This document shows, one piece after another, positions 28,655-37,245 of a DNA stretch of 64,000 bases. The stretch is from contig DASSXV010000004.1 in NCBI GenBank assembly GCA_035703635.1, positions 1 through 64,000 of the forward strand, in the 5' to 3' direction. Position numbers and translations under genes: made by a program. Within the stretch, counting starts at the first letter, position 1; the number at the start of each line of letters is the position of its first letter. Source of the stretch: Trueperaceae bacterium. GTDB taxonomy: Bacteria > Deinococcota > Deinococci > Deinococcales > Trueperaceae. Under the pieces are notes generated by a model. The model saw nothing but the letters and a program-made list of their open reading frames with translations. It was not told where the DNA came from and made no database searches.

Positions 28655-31003
28655 GTGAGCCTGAAGGTACTTAGCGGCCCGCCTGGTTCGGGCCGGACAA
28701 GGCGCCTGCTGGCGCTCGCGAAGAAGACCTGCGACGCTGGCGGGCGCGTTTGGTGGGTGGGGCTGCCCGCGCAACGCGGGCACACCCTCAGGCGCCTCAC
28801 GGCAGACGGTTACGCGGCGCTTGGCTTCGAGTTCATGAGCGCCCAGCAGCTCTACTACCGACTGCTGACCGCCGCAACGGACCTGCGCCCGCTCGTGGTC
28901 GGCACGGCCAGGCTCGTGCGGGTAGTCGAGGCGCTACACCACGTAAACCGCGCGTTCCCAACCCCTGGCGAGGCCCGGCTCTTCGCGGCCGCCATCGCGG
29001 AGGCCAAACGCTACGCCGTTACCCCGCGCGATTACGAGCAGCTAGCGGCAGACACGGAGCAGCGGCGCTTCGCCGCCGTCTACGCCGCCTACCAGGCGGG
29101 CATGACTAACGCCTGGGACTACGACGACGCCCGCCAGGCCGCCCTTGACCTCGTCAACCGCAAGGCGTTGACGGTCGAGGCCGATGTCGTCATCGTCGAC
29201 GGCCTGCGCGAGGTTGGCCCCCTCGAACTGCGCTTCTGGCGCGGCCTGGCGCGCCACATCAACGTTCACCTCAGCCTGGCAGTGTTGCCTCCCGGCCTTG
29301 AACCCACGACCGTGTTGCCTGCTCGCGACTCCACGGTCGTCGAGCGCTTCGCTGCCGCTAACCCGGTGGAGGAGGGGCGCTGGGTCATGCGCTCCGTCAA
29401 GCAAGACCTCTTCGGGCAGGGAATGGCGCCGCTCGACGTAGCCATCGTGGCGCCTGCCGCGCGCGCGCGGGCGCTCGTGGCGTTAGCCGAAGAGTACGGC
29501 GTCCCGCTGATGGACGAGACGCCGTTGGCGCTAGCGGACGAGGGGCAAGGACGCGTGCTCGTCGACCTCTTGGAGCTGCCAGAGATGCCGACACCCACGC
29601 GCCTCCTGGCCGTACCCGCTCTCGAGGAGCTTGGCCGCTTGGCGTTGGAGGCTGGCGTCGCGGGCAACGCGGCCGTCGGCGAGTTGGCGCGCCGCAACGG
29701 CCTGAGCGAGGTCTGGCTGCAGTGGCGCGAGCGGCTCAAAGTGACGGGCGATGCGGTCACGTGGGCCCGCGAGCTGATGGCCGAACTGCTCGAGGGCGCT
29801 CCCCGCGAGTTGGTCGAGCGCGCCCTCGGCAAGGCGCAGGAGGCCGCCAGGCTAGGTGCGGGCGACGGCTTCCGCGCCTGGTGGGCCGCACTGTTGCAAG
29901 ACGCGCGCCAGGCGAGGGCCGAGGGGGCGGGCGTTGCGTTGTTGGACGCCACGAGCGTGTCGGGCCGCCGTTACCGCAAGGTCTACCTGGTTGGCGCGGT
30001 GGAGGGCGCTTACCGCGCTGGCGAGCGCGAGGATTACTTCCTGCCAGAGGAGATGCGCAACGACCTGAGCGAGTCGTTCGCTCACCTTGGCTTACCGCGG
30101 CGCTTCCAGGGCCGCGGCGAGGCGTTCGCCATGGAGCTCCTCCAGCGCGCGGATCACCTCGTCATCACGGCCCCGCTTGGTGACCAAGGCGGGCCACTGG
30201 TGCTTGACGAGGCGCTCTTCGGTGCCACTGAACCCCCTGCGCTGCCGCTCGTCCCGGCAGGCAGTCGTCTCGAGCTGCCCGGGGCGGCGCCATACGTGCC
30301 CGACCTCTCCCCGGTTGCCCTCGGCAGACCGTACGTAGAGAGCTTGAGGCGTTACCACGACTGTTCGTTCCGCATGTGGGGCGAGGGCGTGCTGCGCGTG
30401 AGTGGGGACGTGCAGGACGAGGAGGGCGTCGGTGAGAGGCTGCGCGCCGCCCTGCTGCAGGAGCGCGGCGGCCGCCTCACGGTTGAGCGCCTAGCCGCGC
30501 TGGTTGAGGAGTTCCCCAACCACGCGGCCTGGCTGAACAAGCATGCGCAACTGCTCTCGCGCCTGACGTACGGCGTCGAGCTGGGTGGGCGCGCAGGGTT
30601 CGCCATCACTTACCTCCACGCCACCGAGAAGGTGGAGCTGGCGGGCGGCGGCTTCAGGGTCGACATCTACCGCTTCGTGCCGTGGTCGAAGGCGTGGGAT
30701 GAGGAGAGCGCGGACGACGTCATCAAGAACCGCTGGAGCGAGTATTGGGCCGTCGGCGCCCTCTTCGCCCAGCCTGCGTTCCGGGTACAGGAAGTCCACG
30801 TGCTCGTCTGGCCGATCGGGGAAGACCCGATCGATCTCGCACCGAGAGGCGGGGTCAGCCCGCGCTGGCTACGCGTCAGCGAGAAGCGCAGCTTGGTCGA
30901 GGAGACGCTGCCTGCCTTCATGCGCGGCGAGGTGAAGCCGAACCCCGGGTTCATCTGCCGCACGTGCCCCGTCTTCGACCTCTGCCGCGAGGGCGTCCGG
31001 TGA
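28655..31003 (+). CDS. addB: AddB-like subunit (inactive helicase fold plus Fe-S staple nuclease-like domain)
   Basis: GPPGSGRT, degenerate VDGLRE, SLRRYHDC and C-terminal CRTCPVFDLC. It lies directly upstream of the addA-like gene. Confidence 0.78.
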   Translation: MSLKVLSGPPGSGRTRRLLALAKKTCDAGGRVWWVGLPAQRGHTLRRLTADGYAALGFEFMSAQQLYYRLLTAATDLRPLVVGTARLVRVVEALHHVNRAFPTPGEARLFAAAIAEAKRYAVTPRDYEQLAADTEQRRFAAVYAAYQAGMTNAWDYDDARQAALDLVNRKALTVEADVVIVDGLREVGPLELRFWRGLARHINVHLSLAVLPPGLEPTTVLPARDSTVVERFAAANPVEEGRWVMRSVKQDLFGQGMAPLDVAIVAPAARARALVALAEEYGVPLMDETPLALADEGQGRVLVDLLELPEMPTPTRLLAVPALEELGRLALEAGVAGNAAVGELARRNGLSEVWLQWRERLKVTGDAVTWARELMAELLEGAPRELVERALGKAQEAARLGAGDGFRAWWAALLQDARQARAEGAGVALLDATSVSGRRYRKVYLVGAVEGAYRAGEREDYFLPEEMRNDLSESFAHLGLPRRFQGRGEAFAMELLQRADHLVITAPLGDQGGPLVLDEALFGATEPPALPLVPAGSRLELPGAAPYVPDLSPVALGRPYVESLRRYHDCSFRMWGEGVLRVSGDVQDEEGVGERLRAALLQERGGRLTVERLAALVEEFPNHAAWLNKHAQLLSRLTYGVELGGRAGFAITYLHATEKVELAGGGFRVDIYRFVPWSKAWDEESADDVIKNRWSEYWAVGALFAQPAFRVQEVHVLVWPIGEDPIDLAPRGGVSPRWLRVSEKRSLVEETLPAFMRGEVKPNPGFICRTCPVFDLCREGVR

Positions 31004-31013
31004 CGGTGGCGCT

Positions 31014-33788
31014 ATGAAGGTGCGAGTAGCGTCCGCCGGGACGGGTAAGACGACGAGCCTCGTACGCCGGTACCTTGAACTGATCGACGGGGGAGTCGCC
31101 ATCAGCCGCGTGGCCGGCGTGACTTTCACCCGGGCCGCCGCCGACGAGCTGAGGCAGCGCGTGGCCGCCGGCATCGACGAGCTGCTTGCGCATGGCGATT
31201 ACCTTGGCGGGCTCTTCACCCCTGCACGCGCCACGCGGCCGCTCTTCGAACGCGCGCATGACGAGCTCGGAGGCGCGGTGCTTAGCACCATCCACGGGTT
31301 CATGACCGTTGGCCTGCGCTTGAGCGCCCCTAGCCTAGGGCTCGACCCAAACTTCGTCGTGCTGGACGAGTGGGAAGCGGCCGCCATCTTCGAGGAGGAG
31401 TGCGCCGGGCTGCTCATGCTCGCCAGCGATCCGGAGCACCCGCTGCACGCCGCCAAGACCGCGTTGGATGGTGCGGCCTCAACGTTCCTGCTGCAGCTCT
31501 TCGGGAAGCGTTCGTTGGCCCCCAAGTTGGCTTTCGGCTCGGCGCCAAGCGAGGCGGCGCTCGAGGCGCTCTACCGCTCGGCCTTGGCGGCGTTCGACGC
31601 GCGCCTGGGCGCCACTAGTTTGGCGCCAGGTGAGGTCGAGCGCAGAGCCCTGCAGATGCTCGACCAGCGGCTCCCGAGGGAGCGCCTGGTCGCCCGTTAT
31701 CCGTACGTGCTCGTCGACGAGTACCAGGACGTCAACCCGCTTCAGGGCGAGTTCTTCGAGCGCTTGGCGGCGGCTGGCGCGCGCATCGAGCTCGTTGGCG
31801 ACCCTAAGCAGTCCATCTATGGTTTCCGCAACGCAGACGTTGCGGTGTTCAGGCGCGCCCTCGATACGGCGGAGGCCACTGGGGAGGTGCAGGCGCCCCT
31901 GACCGAGAGCCGCAGGCACGCGTTGGCGCCGACGGCGTTCCTCAACCGCCTGACGGAGCGACTGGCGGAGGGCGGCAGCGGCTTCACCGCCCGCGAGGCC
32001 CCGCCGGTGGCGAGCGCTGGCCCCCAAGCGGCGCAGCTTGGCAGCGTCGAAGTCGTGGTGGTCGAGGGGGCTGAGCCGCTCGACGAGCTGCGCGGCCGCG
32101 AGGCGGAGGTGCTAGGCGAGCGGCTGCAGGCGCACCACGCGCTTGGCGTGCCTTACGACGAGATGGCCGTCCTCGCCCGCAGCCACGCGGCGCTGGCGCG
32201 CGTACTGCAAGCGTTGCGTACGCAAGGCGTGCCGGCCTACGTCGTGCAGGGCCGGGGCTATTACGAGCGCAGCGAGATCCGCGACGTGCACCACGCCTTG
32301 GCCGTCGGCGTCGACCCGCTCGGCCCTAGCCTGCTGCCGTTCCTCCGCGGGCCGCTAGCGGGCCTCACCCTGCCTGAGATCACGCAGGTGGCTGGTGCGG
32401 CACCTGACATGCGCCTCGCGCTGCTGGCCGAGAACTTCCCGGCGGTCGAGGAGCGCATGGAGCGCTTGGCAGAACTGGCGCGCGGCACGCCTCTGCAGGC
32501 GGTGAAGGGCATCCTGCGCGAGCCGCTCCTGGGCGGCAAGAGGTTTCAGGAACTCTTGCGGCGCCGTGGCCGCGAGAACGTCGACGCCCTCCTCTTCGAA
32601 GTGGCGGGCAAGGCGCCGCGCGACGTCGCGCTCTTCCTCGACCGTCTCGACCTCCTAGCGCGCAAGGCGGAGTCTGGCGACGTGCCGCAGAGCGGGGCGG
32701 GCGTGAGGCTGCTGAGCATCCACGCTTCGAAGGGTCTCGAGTTCCGCGTTACGGCGCTGTTCGACGTTGGGGCGTGGGGGTCCAACCGGAGTTCGCCGCT
32801 TCTCGTCGAGCCAGGCAGCGGCGCGGTCAGGCTGAGCGGCACGCCGGAGTTCGAGAAGGCCAAGGCCGACGCGCTGGCGCGTGGAGTGCAAGAGTCGTAT
32901 CGCCTGCTTTACGTGGCGGCCAGCCGGGCGCGCGACGCCCTCATCCTCACGGCGAGCAAACGCAATAGTCCGGGGCCGTGGCTCGGAGCGCTCCTTGGCC
33001 TCGGGCTGACGGGGCCGAACGCCATTCCTGGCGTGACGTGGGAGCGCGTCGCCTACTCGCCACCCGCTGCGCCAGCGCCAACGGTAGCGGACGGGCACGC
33101 AGCCGACCTCCCTGCTGCACCGTGGATCGACGCGCGCCGCCAACCTGCGCCGCTCCCGCCCGTCGTGAGCCCGTCAGCCCTCACGCGCCTGACCGCCGCC
33201 GACCCGGAGACCGCCTCGGACGACGAACCAGTAGACCAAGCCGCCCGTTACGCCGGTGAGGACGAAGTGGAGCGCGGCCGCGTCGGCTGGGGCAGAGCGC
33301 GCGGCACCCTAGTCCACTTCGCGATCGGGCAGAACTGGCGGCCGTCTGACGAGTCGACCAGCAGCACACTGATGGCGCAAGAAGTGCTCCTGCCGTTCGA
33401 CGAAGCGCAGCGCGCCGAGCTAGTGGCCGAGGTGCTCGAACTCCTCGGCAACTACTGGGGCATGCTCGGCGCGGCGCTTCCGCCACTCGACCACCGCGCG
33501 CCCGATCGCGCCGAGCTGCCGCTTGCCGTTACGTACGGCGAGACCGTGTGGGAGGGGATCGTCGACCGCCTCTACCAAGTCGCGGGCGACTGGTACCTAG
33601 ACGACTACAAGACCGACAGACTAGTGGCGCCTGAGCGCTACTACCTGCAGCTAGCGCACTATCTAAGGGCGACGGAGCGAGCGCTAGGGGTGCGGCCGCG
33701 CGGCCGGCTCGTCTACTTGCGGCACGGTGAGGTTGTCGAGCCTGCGCGCGAACTGTTGGACGACGCCCTCGCACGTGCCGGCTTATAG
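31014..33788 (+). CDS. addA: AddA-like UvrD helicase with a C-terminal RecB-type nuclease
   Basis: ASAGTGKT, TFTRAAA.EL, STIHGF, VDEYQD, GDPKQSIYGFR, HASKGLEF and YVAASRA. Nuclease motifs RGTLVH, GIVDRL, DDYKT and QL..Y. Confidence 0.9.
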   Translation: MKVRVASAGTGKTTSLVRRYLELIDGGVAISRVAGVTFTRAAADELRQRVAAGIDELLAHGDYLGGLFTPARATRPLFERAHDELGGAVLSTIHGFMTVGLRLSAPSLGLDPNFVVLDEWEAAAIFEEECAGLLMLASDPEHPLHAAKTALDGAASTFLLQLFGKRSLAPKLAFGSAPSEAALEALYRSALAAFDARLGATSLAPGEVERRALQMLDQRLPRERLVARYPYVLVDEYQDVNPLQGEFFERLAAAGARIELVGDPKQSIYGFRNADVAVFRRALDTAEATGEVQAPLTESRRHALAPTAFLNRLTERLAEGGSGFTAREAPPVASAGPQAAQLGSVEVVVVEGAEPLDELRGREAEVLGERLQAHHALGVPYDEMAVLARSHAALARVLQALRTQGVPAYVVQGRGYYERSEIRDVHHALAVGVDPLGPSLLPFLRGPLAGLTLPEITQVAGAAPDMRLALLAENFPAVEERMERLAELARGTPLQAVKGILREPLLGGKRFQELLRRRGRENVDALLFEVAGKAPRDVALFLDRLDLLARKAESGDVPQSGAGVRLLSIHASKGLEFRVTALFDVGAWGSNRSSPLLVEPGSGAVRLSGTPEFEKAKADALARGVQESYRLLYVAASRARDALILTASKRNSPGPWLGALLGLGLTGPNAIPGVTWERVAYSPPAAPAPTVADGHAADLPAAPWIDARRQPAPLPPVVSPSALTRLTAADPETASDDEPVDQAARYAGEDEVERGRVGWGRARGTLVHFAIGQNWRPSDESTSSTLMAQEVLLPFDEAQRAELVAEVLELLGNYWGMLGAALPPLDHRAPDRAELPLAVTYGETVWEGIVDRLYQVAGDWYLDDYKTDRLVAPERYYLQLAHYLRATERALGVRPRGRLVYLRHGEVVEPARELLDDALARAGL

Positions 33789-34478
33789 CGCCGGGACAGC
33801 GGTCGATGATTGCAAGCGGTAGAGGTGTGCGTTGCCCGCCTTGCCAGCGCGCTCCACGAGCCTTAGCTCGTGCAAGCAGTATGCCGCCTGCTGCGCCAGG
33901 CGCCGCGGCAGGCGCGCGCTGCCAGCGAGGTCGGCGGTGGTGAACAGCTCGGGCAGGTCTGGCGGGAGAAGTGCGAGCAGGTCGCGCGGTTCCTTGAAGC
34001 TGCGCCGCTCGTGCACCCGCTCGAGCCGCCTCCCGCTGATGACCCACCCGCGCCTGCGCCACGCCTTGCCCGCCTCGAAGCGCCTGCACTCGACGTCCTC
34101 GACGAGCGCGACCTCTAGCTCGAGGTGAGGGTGCTCGAAGAGCGTCGGCGCGGCCACGAGTTCAGCGAAGAGTTGCTCGACACGCCCGACCTTCGGCGAT
34201 CTGCGGCGCTCGACGCGGCCGTCTGGGTGCACTTTTTCTAGCCACCGCGTGCGGGCGACCGGCAACACTAGTTTCACGCGGTGTTCAGGGAGGAGGGCGG
34301 CGAGCTTCTGGCGCATGGCCCCGAGGTTGCGCGTCTGCACCTCGATGAGGAGACCGTCAGCCACGGCGTCTATGACGTAGCCGCCCACCGTGACCTCGAA
34401 GGCGCTCCCAGCTGGGGCGCTTAGGCGCTTCAGGTCCGCGTGGAGGGGTGACTCGTTGAGGGAGCCGATGGCGCTCAC
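33783..34478 (-). CDS. Uncharacterised PD-(D/E)XK-like nuclease with a C-terminal wHTH-like region
   Basis: ES.LHADLK, E..VGGYVIDAV..GLLIEVQT and FTTADLA..AQQAAYCL..G.AGNA.LY. TATGGT lies 6 nt before GTG 34478. Confidence 0.75.
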   Translation of the reverse strand: MSAIGSLNESPLHADLKRLSAPAGSAFEVTVGGYVIDAVADGLLIEVQTRNLGAMRQKLAALLPEHRVKLVLPVARTRWLEKVHPDGRVERRRSPKVGRVEQLFAELVAAPTLFEHPHLELEVALVEDVECRRFEAGKAWRRRGWVISGRRLERVHERRSFKEPRDLLALLPPDLPELFTTADLAGSARLPRRLAQQAAYCLHELRLVERAGKAGNAHLYRLQSSTAVPAL

Positions 34479-34575
34479 GCTCACACCATACCCAGGCGGC
34501 AGTGGAGCCTAGAGGTCCTAGGCAGTAGCCTAGGCCGCGCTCAAGCCACTGGTGGCGCCGGGCCATGCTCTAGCC

Positions 34576-34836
34576 ATGAACGCCATACCAACGGAAGCCA
34601 CAGTCGCAGGAAAGCACGGCGTGTTCGTAGTCGATGAGCGCCACGGTCTGGTCTGGGAGGTCTCAGTGCCGGTAACGGAGCTCATCGACCTTATCGAGGC
34701 ATGCGGCACCGAGCACTCACTGGAAGTCGCGAGCGACGTCGGCGTGTTCTACGCCATGGCGCGGCGTTGGTGGGTGTTGCCGTTAGGAGACGAGATGCTC
34801 GTGCGCATCGAACTCGAGCGCTCCATGACCGCTTAA
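34576..34836 (+). CDS. Small hypothetical protein (86 aa)
   Basis: The ORF fills the gap between two minus-strand genes with globular-looking composition. CATGCT lies 6 nt before ATG 34576. Confidence 0.6.
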   Translation: MNAIPTEATVAGKHGVFVVDERHGLVWEVSVPVTELIDLIEACGTEHSLEVASDVGVFYAMARRWWVLPLGDEMLVRIELERSMTA

Positions 34837-34861
34837 CGCCTGCCCGCGCACGGCAGGCGCC

Positions 34862-35866
34862 TCACCCCAGGCGCGCGAACACCGCCGCCGCGGCCAACCC
34901 AACGACCTTCGCACCCAGGTTCTCGGCGTGGAACCGCGGGTCGATGCAACCCTTCGTCATGATCGCCACCACGAACGGCTCCCCGCCACCGCCGGCGCTC
35001 GGCAACGGCTCGAACACGCCGACGTCGTTGCGTACGCCAGTGATCGAGCCGCTCTTCGAGGCGATCCGCCACGGGGCTTCGCCAATGGAGGCAAGGTAAC
35101 TGTCGTAACCGATACTGCGGCCAAGCTCGCTGAACTGCTGCTTGCGGTAGATGGCCTTCGCCTCCTCCGTCAGCGGAGGCGGCAGGAGCTCGCCGCGCCA
35201 CAAGCGCGCCATGTGATCGGCAAGGTCGGCGGCCGTCGTCACCGAGCTCGAGCGTTTGGCGCCGCTCAGCACGGCGGCCGTCTGCAGCTTGCCTGCGCTA
35301 CGCGTGCCGGTCCAGCCATGGGCCTGGATGGAGGCGTTCACCTCGTCCAACCCAACGAACTCGATGAGCACGTTGGTGGCCGTGTTGTCGCTGACGACGA
35401 TCATCAGGGTGGCGAGGTCGCGCAGGGTGTACCGCCTGCCGGGGGTCAGGGCGGTCAGCACGCCAGAGCCAGACACCTGGTCCTCGGCGCCAACCAGCAG
35501 TTCGTCGTCTAGGTCGGCGTCGCCAGCCGCGACCATCTCGAGCAGCGCCTGCAGCACGTACACCTTGATGGTGCTGGCGGACGGGAACTGCTCCGTAGCG
35601 CGGTAAGCCACGCCTTGGTCCGCCTTCGCGTTCGGTTCGAGCGGGTAGGCGACCACGGCGAGCGCACCAACCCCGGCCGCGTCCGGCGCGCCAGCAGCGT
35701 CCGTCACGTGCGGCGCACGGGCGACGGCATGGCTGACGCTGGCGCCTTGCAGCGCCGCGCCGCCACCGAGGACGCGTTCGAGGTGCTCGAACTCGGCGCG
35801 CAGTTCCGGCGGGAGAAGTGCGTTGGAGACGGCTTTAGGGCTGGCGGGGTGGTTGGGTTGCAACAT
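34862..35866 (-). CDS. Class A beta-lactamase-related serine hydrolase
   Basis: SxxK (ASTIK), SDN and KSG, with no signal peptide. RBS GAGGTG. Confidence 0.88.
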   Translation of the reverse strand: MLQPNHPASPKAVSNALLPPELRAEFEHLERVLGGGAALQGASVSHAVARAPHVTDAAGAPDAAGVGALAVVAYPLEPNAKADQGVAYRATEQFPSASTIKVYVLQALLEMVAAGDADLDDELLVGAEDQVSGSGVLTALTPGRRYTLRDLATLMIVVSDNTATNVLIEFVGLDEVNASIQAHGWTGTRSAGKLQTAAVLSGAKRSSSVTTAADLADHMARLWRGELLPPPLTEEAKAIYRKQQFSELGRSIGYDSYLASIGEAPWRIASKSGSITGVRNDVGVFEPLPSAGGGGEPFVVAIMTKGCIDPRFHAENLGAKVVGLAAAAVFARLG

Positions 35867-35926
35867 GCGGTCACCTCAGCTTGGCGCTTACGGTCGCAGT
35901 GTTGCACGTTGGCGTGTCGAACCACC

Positions 35927-35955
35927 TTGCGGCGCGTGCGCTCAAGCCCTACACT
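35927..35955 (+). promoter_or_regulatory. Promoter of the cold-shock gene, implying a 5'UTR of about 120 nt
   Basis: TTGCGG-N17-TACACT. Confidence 0.55.
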
Positions 35956-36080
35956 TCACTCGTCCGACCATGGTGCCGATAGGGGCCACCGGCGGGTCCG
36001 GGTGTCAAACGAGCGTAAGTTCGTTTGGACCCGATAGTCACTGAGAGCTCGAACCTCCAACGCGAGGCGAGCCAGTAGGG

Positions 36081-36521
36081 ATGGAAATGGCTACAGGCAA
36101 GGTCAAGTGGTTTAGCGGTGAGAAGGGTTACGGCTTCATCGCACAGGATGACGGCGGGGCGGACGTGTTCGTCCACTTCTCGGCCATCCGCGGCGAGGGC
36201 TACCGGTCCCTCAACGAGGGTGACGTCGTTTCGTTCGACGTCGAGCCGGGCCAGAAGGGCCCACAGGCCCAGAACGTTCTGGTGACTAGCGCAGCAGCAC
36301 CGCGCCAAGGCAGTAGCGACCGCGGTGGTCGCGACGGCCAGTTCTTCAGTGACCGCCCGGCGGGCGATCGCTCATTCGACAGCCGTGGTGCCGGCGACCG
36401 CGGTGACCGCGGGCGCGGCGGCAACGACCGCGGTGGTAACGACCGCGGCGGCAACGACCGCGGCGGCTCGCGTGGTCGTGGCGGCAACGACCGCGGTGGG
36501 GGTCGGCGCGACCGCTACTGA
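36081..36521 (+). CDS. Cold-shock domain protein with an RGG-rich C-terminal tail
   Basis: GKVKWF, RNP1 KGYGFI, RNP2 VFVHF and KGPQA.NV, then about 75 aa of low-complexity R/G/D. The start may be 36087. Confidence 0.95.
   Translation: MEMATGKVKWFSGEKGYGFIAQDDGGADVFVHFSAIRGEGYRSLNEGDVVSFDVEPGQKGPQAQNVLVTSAAAPRQGSSDRGGRDGQFFSDRPAGDRSFDSRGAGDRGDRGRGGNDRGGNDRGGNDRGGSRGRGGNDRGGGRRDRY
36414..36500 (+). repeat. In-frame 15-bp tandem repeat encoding RGGND
   Basis: CGCGGYGGYAACGAC three times at 36414-36458, a partial copy, and a fourth variant copy at 36477-36491. Confidence 0.9.
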
Positions 36522-36568
36522 GCGCACGCTCTAGCGCCCCTTGGCTAACAAGACGAAGGTAAGAAACT

Positions 36569-36605
36569 GCGCGGGCCCGGAGAGATTCCGGGCCCGCGCT
36601 CTTCT
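36569..36605 (+). terminator. Terminator after the cold-shock gene
   Basis: 13-bp stem GCGCGGGCCCGGA/TCCGGGCCCGCGC followed by TCTTCT. Confidence 0.75.
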
Positions 36606-36663
36606 AACCGTTCGTCGAGTTGTTGGGGTCCGCGCCGCTTGCGGCGCGAGGGGTGCGGCCAGT

Positions 36664-37245
36664 TCAGGCCCTAGCGGGTTTCTTACTCGCGACGCCCTTG
36701 GCCTCACCATCGAACTCACCGTGCGGCGCTCCGAGTAGGGGCAGCACCCAGTAGTCGAGCCCGTAGTAGCCGGCGGTGCGCCAGGCCAGCACGATCCAGG
36801 TGGCGAGCATGAACATGATGGGGTTCGTCGAGAGGGTGCCCGCCAGGAGGAAGGCCACGTTCATGAGGCCGCCGAAGAAGGCCGCTGCGCCAGTGAGGAA
36901 GCCGACGATGAGCGCGATGCCGACCAGGAGTTCGCCGAAGGCCACGACGTAGCCCATGAACGGCCCAAGTGGCAGGAAGATGTTCTCGATCATCCAGGCG
37001 TACCAGCCAGTCACGCTCGGCTTCTCGCCCTGCGATAGTCCGACTGCGCGCGTGAGGAAGCCCTTGATGGCGCCCCCAGCTTCCGGCCCGACCCAGGCCG
37101 GGTTCGTTACCTTGCCCCAGCCTGCGTGTAGCCAGAGCCAACCGAGGTATATGCGGACGACCGTCCAGAAGGGCGCCATGTACTTTGACGCGAAGAGGAA
37201 CTTACTTACCTGAGGTTCAGGGTAAAAAGTGGTGCTGCGTGCCAT
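36664..37245 (-). CDS. DoxX family membrane protein (TQO small-subunit-like)
   Basis: RIYLGW.WLHAGW.K, GELLVG.ALI.G, LAGTLSTNP and AGYYGLD. RBS GAGGAG before ATG 37245. Confidence 0.9.
   Translation of the reverse strand: MARSTTFYPEPQVSKFLFASKYMAPFWTVVRIYLGWLWLHAGWGKVTNPAWVGPEAGGAIKGFLTRAVGLSQGEKPSVTGWYAWMIENIFLPLGPFMGYVVAFGELLVGIALIVGFLTGAAAFFGGLMNVAFLLAGTLSTNPIMFMLATWIVLAWRTAGYYGLDYWVLPLLGAPHGEFDGEAKGVASKKPARA

Noticed and set aside
28642-28658. Deinococcus RDRM (DdrO) site at the addB start
   Set aside because: There are too many mismatches to the 17-bp palindrome, and the sequence is explained by the -10 hexamer.
28655-34478. Helicase plus nucleases as an anti-phage defence island or Cas4 module
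   Set aside because: The domain order matches housekeeping addB-addA, the composition looks like the flanks, and no integrase, methylase or array is nearby.
18960-35866. The two beta-lactamase-fold genes (18960 and 34862) as antibiotic resistance genes
   Set aside because: Neither has a signal peptide, the class A-like one lacks the omega-loop Glu, and there is no mobile context.
36414-36500. Short direct repeats as a possible CRISPR array
   Set aside because: They are 15-bp in-frame coding repeats without spacers, and there are no cas genes.
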